This document shows positions 51,397 to 62,473 of a stretch of DNA of 64,000 nt, one piece after another. The position numbers and the translations under genes are program-made. Position 1 is the first letter of the stretch. The number at the start of each line of letters is the position of its first letter. The stretch lies in assembly GCF_003018235.1 (NCBI RefSeq), contig NZ_CP027437.1; one strand, 5' to 3'. The DNA is from Escherichia coli. GTDB lineage: Bacteria > Pseudomonadota > Gammaproteobacteria > Enterobacterales > Enterobacteriaceae. The notes beneath the pieces are model-generated. The model was not told where the DNA came from. It did no database searches and saw only the letters and a program-made list of their open reading frames with translations.

Positions 51397-52248
51397 ATGG
51401 GTAAGTTAGCGTTAGCCGCCAAAATCACGCACGTACCGTCGATGTATCTCTCTGAACTGCCAGGGAAAAACCACGGTTGCCGCCAGGGTGCGATCGACGG
51501 GCATAAAGAGATCAGCAAGCGTTGCCGGGAAATGGGCGTCGATACCATTATCGTTTTCGATACTCACTGGCTGGTCAACAGTGCTTATCACATCAACTGT
51601 GCAGACCATTTTGAAGGCGTCTACACCAGTAACGAGCTGCCGCATTTTATTCGTGACATGACCTACAACTACGAGGGCAACCCGGAGTTGGGGCAGCTTA
51701 TTGCCGATGAAGCGTTAAAACTCGGCGTGCGGGCAAAAGCGCACAATATTCCCAGCCTGAAACTGGAATACGGCACGCTGGTGCCAATGCGCTACATGAA
51801 TGAAGACAAGCACTTCAAAGTGGTCTCCATTTCGGCTTTCTGCACGGTTCACGATTTTGCCGACAGCCGCAAGCTTGGCGAAGCGATTTTGAAAGCAATC
51901 GAACAGTACGACGGCACCGTGGCGGTCCTTGCCAGCGGTTCGTTATCGCACCGCTTTATTGACGATCAGCGTGCAGAAGAAGGGATGAACAGCTACACCC
52001 GCGAGTTCGACCGCCAGATGGACGAGCGCGTGGTGAAGCTGTGGCGCGAAGGCCAGTTCAAAGAGTTCTGCAATATGCTGCCGGAGTACGCCGACTACTG
52101 CTACGGCGAAGGCAATATGCACGACACGGTGATGCTGCTGGGGATGCTCGGCTGGGATAAATACGACGGCAAGGTGGAGTTTATTACCGAGCTGTTCCCA
52201 AGCTCTGGCACCGGTCAGGTTAACGCTGTTTTCCCGCTTCCCGCGTAA
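51397..52248 (+). CDS. hpaD: Homoprotocatechuate 2,3-dioxygenase
   Basis: 283 aa, LigB-type extradiol dioxygenase. Confidence 0.9.
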   Translation: MGKLALAAKITHVPSMYLSELPGKNHGCRQGAIDGHKEISKRCREMGVDTIIVFDTHWLVNSAYHINCADHFEGVYTSNELPHFIRDMTYNYEGNPELGQLIADEALKLGVRAKAHNIPSLKLEYGTLVPMRYMNEDKHFKVVSISAFCTVHDFADSRKLGEAILKAIEQYDGTVAVLASGSLSHRFIDDQRAEEGMNSYTREFDRQMDERVVKLWREGQFKEFCNMLPEYADYCYGEGNMHDTVMLLGMLGWDKYDGKVEFITELFPSSGTGQVNAVFPLPA

Positions 52249-52257
52249 GGAACCACC

Positions 52258-52638
52258 ATGCCGCACTTTATCGTGGAATGTACTGAAAATATTCGTCAAG
52301 AAGCCCGCTTACCTGAGCTGTTTGCCAGTGTTAACACCGCACTGGCGGCGACGGGGATTTTTCCGCTTGGGGGAATACGTAGCCGGGCGCACTGGATCGA
52401 TACCTGGCAAATGGCTGATGGCAAGCACGATTACGCCTTTGTGCATATGACGCTAAAAATCGGCAGCGGGCGCAGTCTGGAAAGCCGTCAGGAAGTGGGC
52501 GAAATGCTGTTTGATCTGATTAAAACGCACTTCGCCTCACTGATGGAGAGCCGTTACCTGGCGCTTTCATTTGAGATTGCAGAGCTGCACCCGACGTTGA
52601 ATTTCAAACAGAACAACGTACACGCGTTGTTTAAATAA
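52258..52638 (+). CDS. hpaF: 5-carboxymethyl-2-hydroxymuconate isomerase
   Basis: 126 aa, [12 protein letters not shown] (tautomerase-like N-terminal Pro). Confidence 0.9.
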   Translation: MPHFIVECTENIRQEARLPELFASVNTALAATGIFPLGGIRSRAHWIDTWQMADGKHDYAFVHMTLKIGSGRSLESRQEVGEMLFDLIKTHFASLMESRYLALSFEIAELHPTLNFKQNNVHALFK

Positions 52639-52656
52639 ATTTGCACCAGCTTCCAG

Positions 52657-52686
52657 GCCGGATGATAAGGCGCAGCCGCATCCGGC
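52657..52686. repeat. REP element
   Basis: GCCGGATGATAAGGCGCAGCCGCATCCGGC. A near-identical copy lies at 63655-63680. Confidence 0.8.
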
Positions 52687-52705
52687 AATGCCACAGGATA
52701 TCGCT

Positions 52706-53509
52706 ATGTTCGATAAACACACCCACACCCTGATCGCCCAGCGTCTGGATCAGGCAGAAAAACAGCGCGAACAGATCCGCGCGATCTCGCTGGATTACCC
52801 GGAGATCACCATCGAAGACGCTTACGCGGTACAGCGTGAATGGGTTCGACTGAAAATCGCCGAAGGTCGCACGCTGAAAGGCCACAAAATCGGCCTGACC
52901 TCGAAAGCGATGCAGGCCAGCTCACAAATCAGCGAGCCGGATTACGGTGCCCTGCTGGATGACATGTTCTTCCACGATGGCAGCGATATCCCGACTGATC
53001 GCTTTATCGTGCCGCGCATTGAAGTGGAGCTGGCTTTCGTGCTGGCAAAACCGCTGCGTGGGCCAAACTGCACGCTGTTCGACGTCTACAACGCCACGGA
53101 CTATGTGATCCCGGCGCTGGAGCTGATCGACGCTCGCTGCCACAACATCGATCCGGAAACCCAGCGCCCGCGTAAAGTGTTCGACACCATTTCTGATAAC
53201 GCCGCCAATGCCGGGGTGATCCTCGGTGGTCGTCCCATTAAGCCCGATGAGTTGGATCTGCGTTGGATCTCCGCCCTGATGTATCGCAATGGCGTGATTG
53301 AAGAAACTGGCGTCGCCGCTGGCGTGCTGAATCACCCGGCAAACGGCGTAGCCTGGCTGGCGAACAAACTCGCACCGTATGACGTACAACTGGAAGCCGG
53401 GCAAATCATTCTCGGCGGTTCGTTCACCCGCCCGGTTCCGGCGCGTAAGGGCGACACCTTCCACGTCGATTACGGCAACATGGGCTCCATTAGCTGCCGC
53501 TTTGTTTAA
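52706..53509 (+). CDS. hpaH: 2-oxo-hept-3-ene-1,7-dioate hydratase
   Basis: 267 aa from [18 protein letters not shown]. Confidence 0.9.
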   Translation: MFDKHTHTLIAQRLDQAEKQREQIRAISLDYPEITIEDAYAVQREWVRLKIAEGRTLKGHKIGLTSKAMQASSQISEPDYGALLDDMFFHDGSDIPTDRFIVPRIEVELAFVLAKPLRGPNCTLFDVYNATDYVIPALELIDARCHNIDPETQRPRKVFDTISDNAANAGVILGGRPIKPDELDLRWISALMYRNGVIEETGVAAGVLNHPANGVAWLANKLAPYDVQLEAGQIILGGSFTRPVPARKGDTFHVDYGNMGSISCRFV

Positions 53510-53519
53510 GGAGAGAACG

Positions 53520-54323
53520 ATGGAAAACAGTTTTAAAGCGGCGCTGAAAGCAGGCCGCCCGCAGATCGGATTATGGCTGGGGCTAAGTAGCAGCTACAGC
53601 GCAGAGTTACTAGCCGGAGCAGGATTCGACTGGTTATTGATCGACGGTGAGCACGCGCCGAATAACGTGCAAACCGTGCTCACCCAACTACAGGCGATTG
53701 CGCCCTACCCCAGCCAGCCGGTAGTACGTCCGTCGTGGAACGATCCAGTGCAAATCAAACAACTGCTGGACGTCGGCACACAAACCTTACTGGTGCCGAT
53801 GGTACAAAACGCCGACGAAGCCCGTGAAGCGGTACGCGCCACCCGTTATCCCCCCGCCGGTATTCGCGGTGTGGGCAGTGCGCTGGCTCGCGCCTCGCGC
53901 TGGAATCGCATTCCTGATTACCTGCAAAAAGCCAACGATCAAATGTGCGTGCTGGTGCAGATCGAAACGCGTGAGGCAATGAAGAAATTACCGCAGATTC
54001 TGGACGTGGAAGGGGTCGACGGCGTGTTTATCGGCCCGGCGGATCTGAGCGCCGATATGGGTTATGCCGGTAATCCACAGCACCCGGAAGTACAGGTCGC
54101 CATTGAGCAGGCGATCGTGCAGATCCGCGAAGCGGGCAAAGCGCCGGGGATCCTGATCGCCAATGAGCAACTGGCAAAACGCTATCTGGAACTGGGCGCG
54201 CTGTTTGTCGCCGTCGGCGTTGACACCACCCTGCTCGCCCGCGCCGCCGAAGCGTTGGCAGCACGGTTTGGTAATAGTTCTTCTATTTCGATGGCGAAGC
54301 AAAACAACAACTCTGTCTACTAA
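53520..54323 (+). CDS. hpaI: 2,4-dihydroxyhept-2-ene-1,7-dioate aldolase
   Basis: [22 protein letters not shown], HpcH/HpaI aldolase family. Confidence 0.9.
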   Translation: MENSFKAALKAGRPQIGLWLGLSSSYSAELLAGAGFDWLLIDGEHAPNNVQTVLTQLQAIAPYPSQPVVRPSWNDPVQIKQLLDVGTQTLLVPMVQNADEAREAVRATRYPPAGIRGVGSALARASRWNRIPDYLQKANDQMCVLVQIETREAMKKLPQILDVEGVDGVFIGPADLSADMGYAGNPQHPEVQVAIEQAIVQIREAGKAPGILIANEQLAKRYLELGALFVAVGVDTTLLARAAEALAARFGNSSSISMAKQNNNSVY

Positions 54324-54344
54324 ACGTACGATGTGGAGCGCATC

Positions 54345-55700
54345 ATGACGACCTCTACCCTGCAATATAAAGATAATAAAACTGTTGAAATTGAACATCG
54401 TGTCATTAATAAATTATTTCGTCGCCTAATCATTTTTCTTTTTATTCTGTTTGTTTTTTCGTTTCTTGATCGCATCAATATAGGATTTGCCGGACTGACA
54501 ATGGGCAAGGATCTTGGCCTGACGTCCACAATGTTTGGCCTCGCCGCGACACTCTTTTATGTCACGTACGTCATGTGCGGGATCCCCAGTAATATGATGT
54601 TAGCGAAAATTGGCGCTCGTCGATGGATCGCTGGGATCATGGTGGTCTGGGGAGTTGCTTCCACCTGCACAATGTTTGCAACAAGCCCCGAAACACTCTA
54701 TCTACTGCGTATGCTGGTTGGTATTGCTGAGGCGGGTTTTTTACCTGGTATTTTGGTTTATCTGACCTGGTGGTTCCCGGCATATCATCGGGCCAGAGCC
54801 AATGCCTTATTTATGATAGCGATGCCAGTCACTATGATGCTGGGATCGATCCTTTCAGGCTACATTCTGGCCTTGGATGGACTGTGGAATCTAAAAGGCT
54901 GGCAATGGCTCTTTTTGCTGGAAGGTCTGCCATCGGTCATTCTTGGTGTCGTCACCTGGTTTTATCTCAACGACACACCAGACCAGGCGACCTGGCTTGA
55001 TGAAAACGAAAAACAGGCTTTAAAAACGATGATTCTCCGTGAACAAGAGAGTGCATTTGCCCATGCATCTGTTCCACGCTCAACCTTACGTGAAGTCCTG
55101 ACCCCAGCCATCATGCTATATACACTTGCTTATTTTTGCCTGACCAATACTCTGAGTGCGATTAATATCTGGACGCCGCAAATCCTACAGAGTTTCAATA
55201 CTGGCAGTAGCAACATCATGATTGGTTTGCTGGCGGCCATCCCCCAATTCTGCACAATTTTTGGCATGATCTGGTGGAGTCGTCGTTCCGACCGTCTTAA
55301 AGAACGCAAAAAGCATACGATTCTTCCCTACCTGTTTGCCGCTGCCGGATGGTTACTCGCTTCTGCGACTGATCACAGCCTCATTCAACTGAGCGGCATC
55401 ATTATGGCCTCAATGGGATCATTTACCGCAATGGCTATCTTTTGGACGACACCGGATCAAGTAATAAGCTTGCAATCGCGTGCCGTTGCGATGGCTGTCA
55501 TCAATGCTGTCGGTAATGTAGGTTCAGCAGTCAGTCCATTACTTATCGGTATTTTGAAAGATGCAACCGGCAGTTTTAGCTCAGGTTTGTGGTTTGTAGC
55601 AGGATTACTGGTACTGGGCGCGTTAGTCATGACCCGAATTCCTATGGGGAGTCGGGAACACTCTCTTTCATCTGAACTTATCGCACCAAAACCGCAATAA
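54345..55700 (+). CDS. hpaX: MFS 4-hydroxyphenylacetate permease
   Basis: 12-TM MFS protein. ATG with GGAG upstream. A GTG at 54333 is an alternative start. Confidence 0.85.
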   Translation: MTTSTLQYKDNKTVEIEHRVINKLFRRLIIFLFILFVFSFLDRINIGFAGLTMGKDLGLTSTMFGLAATLFYVTYVMCGIPSNMMLAKIGARRWIAGIMVVWGVASTCTMFATSPETLYLLRMLVGIAEAGFLPGILVYLTWWFPAYHRARANALFMIAMPVTMMLGSILSGYILALDGLWNLKGWQWLFLLEGLPSVILGVVTWFYLNDTPDQATWLDENEKQALKTMILREQESAFAHASVPRSTLREVLTPAIMLYTLAYFCLTNTLSAINIWTPQILQSFNTGSSNIMIGLLAAIPQFCTIFGMIWWSRRSDRLKERKKHTILPYLFAAAGWLLASATDHSLIQLSGIIMASMGSFTAMAIFWTTPDQVISLQSRAVAMAVINAVGNVGSAVSPLLIGILKDATGSFSSGLWFVAGLLVLGALVMTRIPMGSREHSLSSELIAPKPQ

Positions 55701-55709
55701 GGAGTCATG

Positions 55710-56600
55710 ATGTCCAGTGAAGCTATCTTTGAACATGGTTATGAAAATATTGATTTGGTCCGGGAATATGATGCCCGCTACGCTGGTGAAGATGTGCATT
55801 ATGAAACATTTGCCAGGTTAGCGAATTTCTTTGGACGCGATATGCGCCCTCACTGGCACGATAGATATTTTCAACTCCATTATCTGGTCACTGGACGCAT
55901 TACTTTACAGCTGGATGAGCACTTCTATTCTGTGCGCGCACCGCTTTTTGTACTAACACCACCATCGGTGCCACATACTTTCTTTACTGAGCCTGATAGC
56001 GACGGGCATGTTCTGACCGTACGTCAGGAGTTAATTTGGCCCCTGGTAGAAAAGCTCTGGCCTGGTAGTGGAGATGCCGCAATGCTACAAGGTATCTGTC
56101 TATCGCTGGAGGGAATGGAACATACACTGGCGGCATTAAATCATTATTGGCCGATAATATCCCTGGAGTTTCAACAAAATAAGCCAGGACGGGAAATTCT
56201 ATTGCAATCACTGGCGCAAAGTATTTTTACAATCCTACTGCGTGAAGCACCACCAAATGATATTTCAACATGCAGCGTGCGCGGCGAGATGTGTTTATTC
56301 CAGAAGTTTAATCGGCTGATTGACGAAAATTATCGCCAACATTTAATGGTCCCTGAATATGCAGCAATGCTCGGTATGAGTGAATCACGGCTTACCGAGC
56401 TGTGCCGACGTTTTGCCAATCAATCGCCGAAGAGATTGATTTTCGAACGAGTGAGCCGGGAAGCCAGACGGCTTCTGCTCTATAGCGAGCAAAGCATCAA
56501 CCAGATTGCCCTTGATCTTGGCTACAAAGATCCCGCCTATTTCGCCCGTTTTTTCAACCGAATGATGGGTTGCTCACCAACACAATTCCGTGGTCGCTGA
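55710..56600 (+). CDS. hpaA: AraC-family activator HpaA
   Basis: 296 aa with a cupin N-domain and an AraC HTH C-domain (DLGYKDPAYFARFF). Confidence 0.85.
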   Translation: MSSEAIFEHGYENIDLVREYDARYAGEDVHYETFARLANFFGRDMRPHWHDRYFQLHYLVTGRITLQLDEHFYSVRAPLFVLTPPSVPHTFFTEPDSDGHVLTVRQELIWPLVEKLWPGSGDAAMLQGICLSLEGMEHTLAALNHYWPIISLEFQQNKPGREILLQSLAQSIFTILLREAPPNDISTCSVRGEMCLFQKFNRLIDENYRQHLMVPEYAAMLGMSESRLTELCRRFANQSPKRLIFERVSREARRLLLYSEQSINQIALDLGYKDPAYFARFFNRMMGCSPTQFRGR

Positions 56601-56626
56601 CCATTTATCAACCTGAGAGACTCGAC

Positions 56627-57565
56627 ATGAAAATATCTTTACGCTCACTATTTGTGGCGTGCCTGATTGCGCCAGTGGCATTCACCTACGCCTCCGAACC
56701 GCAAGAAATGAAAATTGTACTACTTGGAACGAAAGGTGGCCCTTCTTTATTAAAAGCTGACCGTTTGCCGATGGCAACGGCACTTATTATTGGCAATAAA
56801 ACATGGTTAATTGATGCTGGTTACGGGGCCAGCTTACAACTGGTAAAAAATAATATTCCACTGCGCCAGATTGATAATATTTTACTCACCCATTTACACA
56901 GTGATCATATTCTGGACTATCCCTCAGTCTTAATGAATGCATGGGCTAGCGGTCTGCAGGACAAAACTATTCATGTGTTCGGTCCGCCAGGCACCCGAGC
57001 CATGACCGCTGCCAGTTGGCAGGTCTTCGATCGGGACATCACACTGCGTATGGAAGAAGAAGGAAAACCCGATCCTCGCAAGCTCGTTACAGCTCAAGAT
57101 GTTGGTGAAGGCGTAGTTTATAAAGATGATACCGTGACCGTGACTGCATTAAAGGTTCCTCATTCTCCTTTCCCTGACGGTGAGGCTTTTGCTTATCGCT
57201 TCGACACACAAGGCAAGCGAATTGTCTTCTCAGGAGATACCTCGTACTTTCCCCCACTGGCAACTTTCTCAGAAGGCGCTGATATACTTGTGCATGAGGC
57301 CGTACATGAGCCCTCCGTCGCTAAGCTGGCAGACAGTATTGGCAATGGTAAAACACTGGCAAAAGCCATTGCTTCTCACCATACGACTATTGAGGATGTA
57401 GGCAAAATTGCCAATGAAGCAAAAGTGAAAAAACTCATCCTTAGCCACCTGGTACCAATCACCGTTCCGGATGAAACATGGAAGCAAGAAGCACAGAAAA
57501 ACTATTCAGGCCCTATCGTCGTTGGTCATGAAAATATGACGATTACCATTCCATTCGCCCCATAA
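56627..57565 (+). CDS. Secreted MBL-fold metallo-hydrolase
   Basis: Signal peptide MKISLRSLFVACLIAPVAFTYA, then THLHSDH (the HxHxDH motif). Confidence 0.75.
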   Translation: MKISLRSLFVACLIAPVAFTYASEPQEMKIVLLGTKGGPSLLKADRLPMATALIIGNKTWLIDAGYGASLQLVKNNIPLRQIDNILLTHLHSDHILDYPSVLMNAWASGLQDKTIHVFGPPGTRAMTAASWQVFDRDITLRMEEEGKPDPRKLVTAQDVGEGVVYKDDTVTVTALKVPHSPFPDGEAFAYRFDTQGKRIVFSGDTSYFPPLATFSEGADILVHEAVHEPSVAKLADSIGNGKTLAKAIASHHTTIEDVGKIANEAKVKKLILSHLVPITVPDETWKQEAQKNYSGPIVVGHENMTITIPFAP

Positions 57566-57791
57566 AAAATTCCGTCCCCGTTAGCCCTTGTTAGCGGGGA
57601 ATATTATGATTTGCCTTACTGCAAGTTGATCACGATCGCAGTTTACTATTTAACTCCACCTTGCTGGCGAAAAGTACCAACGTTCGCCTGAAACGTCTCT
57701 TCCCGACAACCGCGTTCAACGCTTCAATTAAATAACAAAAACAACACACAAAATTAACAATCGTATTCCGATTAATACTGTAGAGGTCGAC

Positions 57792-59354
57792 ATGAAACCA
57801 GAAGATTTCCGCGCCAGTACCCAACGTCCGTTCACCGGGGAAGAGTATCTGAAAAGCCTGCAGGATGGTCGCGAGATCTATATCTATGGCGAGCGAGTGA
57901 AAGACGTCACTACTCATCCGGCATTTCGTAATGCGGCAGCGTCTGTTGCCCAACTGTACGACGCGCTGCACAAACCGGAGATGCAGGACTCTCTGTGTTG
58001 GAACACCGACACCGGCAGCGGCGGCTATACCCATAAATTCTTCCGCGTGGCGAAAAGTGCCGACGACCTGCGCCAGCAACGCGACGCCATCGCTGAGTGG
58101 TCACGCCTGAGCTATGGCTGGATGGGCCGCACCCCAGACTACAAAGCCGCTTTCGGTTGCGCACTGGGCGCGAATCCGGGCTTTTACGGTCAGTTCGAGC
58201 AGAACGCCCGTAACTGGTACACCCGTATTCAGGAAACTGGCCTCTACTTTAACCACGCGATTGTTAACCCACCGATTGATCGTCATTTGCCGACCGATAA
58301 AGTGAAAGACGTTTACATCAAGCTGGAAAAAGAGACTGACGCCGGGATTATCGTCAGCGGTGCGAAAGTGGTTGCCACCAACTCGGCGCTGACTCACTAC
58401 AACATGATTGGCTTCGGCTCGGCACAAGTGATGGGCGAAAACCCGGACTTCGCACTGATGTTCGTTGCGCCAATGGATGCCGATGGCGTGAAATTAATCT
58501 CCCGCGCCTCTTATGAAATGGTGGCGGGTGCTACCGGCTCGCCGTACGACTACCCGCTCTCCAGCCGCTTTGATGAGAACGATGCGATTCTGGTGATGGA
58601 TAACGTGCTGATCCCATGGGAAAACGTACTGATCTACCGCGATTTCGATCGCTGCCGTCGCTGGACAATGGAAGGTGGTTTTGCCCGTATGTATCCGCTG
58701 CAAGCCTGTGTGCGCCTGGCAGTGAAATTAGACTTCATTACGGCACTGCTGAAAAAATCACTCGAATGTACCGGCACCCTGGAGTTCCGTGGTGTGCAGG
58801 CCGATCTCGGTGAAGTGGTGGCGTGGCGCAACACCTTCTGGGCATTGAGTGACTCGATGTGTTCAGAAGCGACGCCGTGGGTCAACGGGGCTTATTTACC
58901 GGATCATGCCGCACTGCAAACCTATCGCGTACTGGCACCAATGGCCTACGCGAAGATCAAAAACATTATCGAACGCAACGTTACCAGTGGCCTGATCTAT
59001 CTTCCTTCCAGTGCCCGTGACCTGAACAATCCGCAGATCGACCAGTATCTGGCGAAGTATGTGCGCGGTTCGAATGGTATGGATCACGTCCAGCGCATCA
59101 AGATCCTCAAACTGATGTGGGATGCTATTGGCAGCGAATTTGGTGGTCGTCACGAACTGTATGAAATCAACTACTCCGGTAGCCAGGATGAGATTCGCCT
59201 GCAGTGTCTGCGCCAGGCACAAAGCTCCGGCAATATGGACAAGATGATGGCGATGGTTGATCGCTGCCTGTCGGAATACGACCAGAACGGCTGGACTGTG
59301 CCGCACCTGCACAACAACGACGATATCAACATGCTGGATAAGCTGCTGAAATAA
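57792..59354 (+). CDS. hpaB: 4-hydroxyphenylacetate 3-monooxygenase, oxygenase component
   Basis: 520 aa, MKPEDFRASTQRPFTGEEYLKSLQDGREIYIYGERV. Confidence 0.95.
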   Translation: MKPEDFRASTQRPFTGEEYLKSLQDGREIYIYGERVKDVTTHPAFRNAAASVAQLYDALHKPEMQDSLCWNTDTGSGGYTHKFFRVAKSADDLRQQRDAIAEWSRLSYGWMGRTPDYKAAFGCALGANPGFYGQFEQNARNWYTRIQETGLYFNHAIVNPPIDRHLPTDKVKDVYIKLEKETDAGIIVSGAKVVATNSALTHYNMIGFGSAQVMGENPDFALMFVAPMDADGVKLISRASYEMVAGATGSPYDYPLSSRFDENDAILVMDNVLIPWENVLIYRDFDRCRRWTMEGGFARMYPLQACVRLAVKLDFITALLKKSLECTGTLEFRGVQADLGEVVAWRNTFWALSDSMCSEATPWVNGAYLPDHAALQTYRVLAPMAYAKIKNIIERNVTSGLIYLPSSARDLNNPQIDQYLAKYVRGSNGMDHVQRIKILKLMWDAIGSEFGGRHELYEINYSGSQDEIRLQCLRQAQSSGNMDKMMAMVDRCLSEYDQNGWTVPHLHNNDDINMLDKLLK

Positions 59355-59371
59355 CGCAGCAGGAGGTTAAG

Positions 59372-59884
59372 ATGCAATTAGATGAACAACGCCTGCGCTT
59401 TCGTGACGCAATGGCCAGCCTGTCGGCAGCGGTAAATATTATCACCACCGAGGGCAACGCCGGGCAATGCGGGATTACGGCAACGGCTGTCTGCTCGGTC
59501 ACGGATACACCACCGTCGCTGATGGTGTGCATTAACGCCAACAGTGCGATGAACCCGGTTTTTCAGGGCAACGGTAAGTTGTGCGTCAACGTCCTCAACC
59601 ATGAGCAGGAACTGATGGCACGCCACTTCGCGGGCATGACAGGCATGGCGATGGAAGAGCGTTTTAGCCTCTCATGCTGGCAAAAAGGTCCGCTGGCGCA
59701 GCCGGTGCTAAAAGGTTCGCTGGCCAGTCTTGAAGGTGAGATCCGCGATGTGCAGGCAATTGGCACACATCTGGTGTATCTGGTGGAGATTAAAAACATC
59801 ATCCTCAGTGCAGAAGGTCACGGACTTATCTACTTTAAACGCCGTTTCCATCCGGTGATGCTGGAAATGGAAGCTGCGATTTAA
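59372..59884 (+). CDS. hpaC: 4-hydroxyphenylacetate 3-monooxygenase, flavin reductase component
   Basis: 170 aa, flavin reductase-like domain. Confidence 0.9.
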   Translation: MQLDEQRLRFRDAMASLSAAVNIITTEGNAGQCGITATAVCSVTDTPPSLMVCINANSAMNPVFQGNGKLCVNVLNHEQELMARHFAGMTGMAMEERFSLSCWQKGPLAQPVLKGSLASLEGEIRDVQAIGTHLVYLVEIKNIILSAEGHGLIYFKRRFHPVMLEMEAAI

Positions 59885-60273
59885 GCTCCAGACCCTTCAC
59901 GTATTCGTCGAAGGGGCATTTTTATTGTGATCTCAATCACATATCCACCCGATGAATAATTCTTGCCCAACCGCTCACCGCCATTCCTGACCGCTTACAT
60001 CCCTAAAATAACCACTCAGTTATTTACCTTACTTTACGCGCGCGTAACTCTGGCAACATCACTGCAGGATAGCGGTCAATTTACCTCCTCAAACGCAACG
60101 CAAACCTAGAACGGCTTCGGCCTATGATTAACAAATTACTCTATGGATTTTGGTTTGCAGGAAGGCAGCAAGTGAGTGAACCAGGAGCTTACAACAGTAA
60201 GTGACAGGGGTGAACGAACCCAGCTGCGGCACCTGTAAGCCAAAAGACGACGAGTAAAATGCCAGGTTTTACT

Positions 60274-62424
60274 ATGGATACGAAAAAACTATTCAAGCAC
60301 ATACCCTGGGTGATTCTCGGAATCATCGGTGCATTCTGCCTCGCGGTAGTTGCATTACGTCGGGGGGAGCACGTCAGCGCCCTGTGGATCGTGGTCGCCT
60401 CTGTGTCGGTGTATCTGGTGGCGTATCGCTACTACAGTCTGTACATCGCCCAGAAGGTGATGAAACTCGACCCCACGCGCGCGACGCCTGCGGTTATTAA
60501 CAACGACGGTCTGAACTACGTTCCGACCAACCGTTACGTGTTGTTTGGTCACCACTTCGCCGCTATCGCCGGTGCTGGTCCGCTGGTGGGTCCGGTTCTC
60601 GCCGCGCAGATGGGCTACCTGCCTGGCACGCTGTGGCTGCTGGCGGGGGTAGTGCTGGCCGGTGCGGTACAGGACTTTATGGTGCTGTTTATCTCCTCTC
60701 GCCGTAACGGCGCATCTCTCGGTGAGATGATCAAAGAAGAGATGGGACCAGTACCGGGGACTATCGCGCTGTTTGGCTGTTTCTTAATCATGATCATCAT
60801 CCTCGCCGTCCTGGCGCTGATTGTGGTTAAAGCCCTGGCCGAAAGTCCGTGGGGTGTCTTCACCGTTTGCTCAACCGTACCGATTGCGCTGTTTATGGGT
60901 ATCTACATGCGCTTTATCCGTCCGGGGCGTGTGGGTGAAGTCTCTGTCATTGGTATCGTGCTGCTGGTTGCCTCTATCTACTTCGGTGGCGTGATTGCTC
61001 ACGATCCGTACTGGGGTCCGGCACTGACCTTTAAAGACACCACCATTACCTTCGCGCTGATTGGCTATGCGTTTGTTTCCGCACTGCTGCCGGTGTGGCT
61101 GATCCTCGCACCGCGCGACTATCTGGCAACCTTCCTGAAAATCGGTGTTATCGTCGGCCTGGCACTGGGTATCGTGGTGTTGAACCCGGAACTGAAAATG
61201 CCTGCGATGACCCAGTACATTGACGGTACTGGCCCGCTGTGGAAAGGCGCTCTGTTCCCGTTCCTGTTCATCACCATCGCCTGTGGTGCGGTATCTGGCT
61301 TCCACGCGCTGATCTCTTCCGGTACGACGCCGAAACTGCTGGCTAACGAAACCGACGCGCGTTTCATTGGCTACGGCGCAATGCTGATGGAGTCCTTCGT
61401 GGCGATTATGGCGCTGGTTGCTGCGTCCATCATCGAACCGGGTCTTTACTTCGCGATGAACACCCCGCCTGCTGGCCTTGGCATCACCATGCCTAACCTG
61501 CATGAAATGGGTGGCGAGAACGCGCCGATCATCATGGCGCAGCTGAAAGACGTTACCGCACACGCGGCAGCGACCGTCAGCTCCTGGGGCTTCGTGATTT
61601 CGCCAGAGCAGATCCTGCAAACCGCGAAAGACATTGGTGAGCCTTCTGTCCTGAACCGTGCAGGTGGTGCGCCGACGCTGGCGGTAGGTATCGCTCACGT
61701 GTTCCACAAAGTGCTGCCGATGGCTGACATGGGCTTCTGGTATCACTTCGGTATTCTGTTCGAAGCCCTGTTCATCCTGACCGCGCTGGATGCGGGTACC
61801 CGTTCTGGCCGCTTTATGCTGCAAGATCTGCTGGGTAACTTCATCCCGTTCCTGAAAAAAACCGACTCCCTGGTTGCCGGTATCATCGGTACGGCGGGCT
61901 GTGTGGGTCTGTGGGGCTACCTGCTGTATCAGGGCGTGGTCGATCCGCTGGGCGGCGTTAAGAGCCTGTGGCCGCTGTTCGGTATCTCCAACCAGATGCT
62001 GGCAGCCGTGGCGCTGGTACTGGGTACCGTTGTGCTGATTAAGATGAAGCGCACCCAATACATCTGGGTAACTGTTGTTCCGGCTGTATGGTTGCTTATC
62101 TGCACCACCTGGGCGCTGGGCCTGAAACTGTTCAGCACCAACCCGCAGATGGAAGGCTTCTTCTACATGGCAAGCCAGTACAAAGAGAAGATTGCTAACG
62201 GTACTGACCTGACGGCGCAGCAGATTGCCAACATGAACCACATCGTTGTGAACAACTACACCAACGCAGGCCTGAGTATTCTGTTCCTGATTGTGGTGTA
62301 CAGCATCATCTTCTACGGTTTCAAAACCTGGCTTGCGGTGCGTAACAGCGACAAACGTACTGACAAAGAAACACCGTACGTTCCAATCCCGGAAGGCGGC
62401 GTGAAGATCTCTTCGCACCACTAA
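60274..62424 (+). CDS. btsT: CstA-family pyruvate/H+ symporter BtsT (YjiY)
   Basis: 716 aa from MDTKKLFKHIPWVILG, a polytopic membrane protein. Confidence 0.9.
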   Translation: MDTKKLFKHIPWVILGIIGAFCLAVVALRRGEHVSALWIVVASVSVYLVAYRYYSLYIAQKVMKLDPTRATPAVINNDGLNYVPTNRYVLFGHHFAAIAGAGPLVGPVLAAQMGYLPGTLWLLAGVVLAGAVQDFMVLFISSRRNGASLGEMIKEEMGPVPGTIALFGCFLIMIIILAVLALIVVKALAESPWGVFTVCSTVPIALFMGIYMRFIRPGRVGEVSVIGIVLLVASIYFGGVIAHDPYWGPALTFKDTTITFALIGYAFVSALLPVWLILAPRDYLATFLKIGVIVGLALGIVVLNPELKMPAMTQYIDGTGPLWKGALFPFLFITIACGAVSGFHALISSGTTPKLLANETDARFIGYGAMLMESFVAIMALVAASIIEPGLYFAMNTPPAGLGITMPNLHEMGGENAPIIMAQLKDVTAHAAATVSSWGFVISPEQILQTAKDIGEPSVLNRAGGAPTLAVGIAHVFHKVLPMADMGFWYHFGILFEALFILTALDAGTRSGRFMLQDLLGNFIPFLKKTDSLVAGIIGTAGCVGLWGYLLYQGVVDPLGGVKSLWPLFGISNQMLAAVALVLGTVVLIKMKRTQYIWVTVVPAVWLLICTTWALGLKLFSTNPQMEGFFYMASQYKEKIANGTDLTAQQIANMNHIVVNNYTNAGLSILFLIVVYSIIFYGFKTWLAVRNSDKRTDKETPYVPIPEGGVKISSHH

Positions 62425-62473
62425 CCGTGTTTAGCCCCGCTTCGGCGGGGCTTTGTTCTTATCAGAGTGAACT

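Noticed and set aside
60871-62421. 516-aa ORF on the minus strand
   Set aside because: It is antisense to btsT. The composition (R, H, Q, D runs) is not protein-like. Other long antisense frames (48559-49071, 57630-58079, 63036-63569, 52922-53464) were rejected for the same reason.
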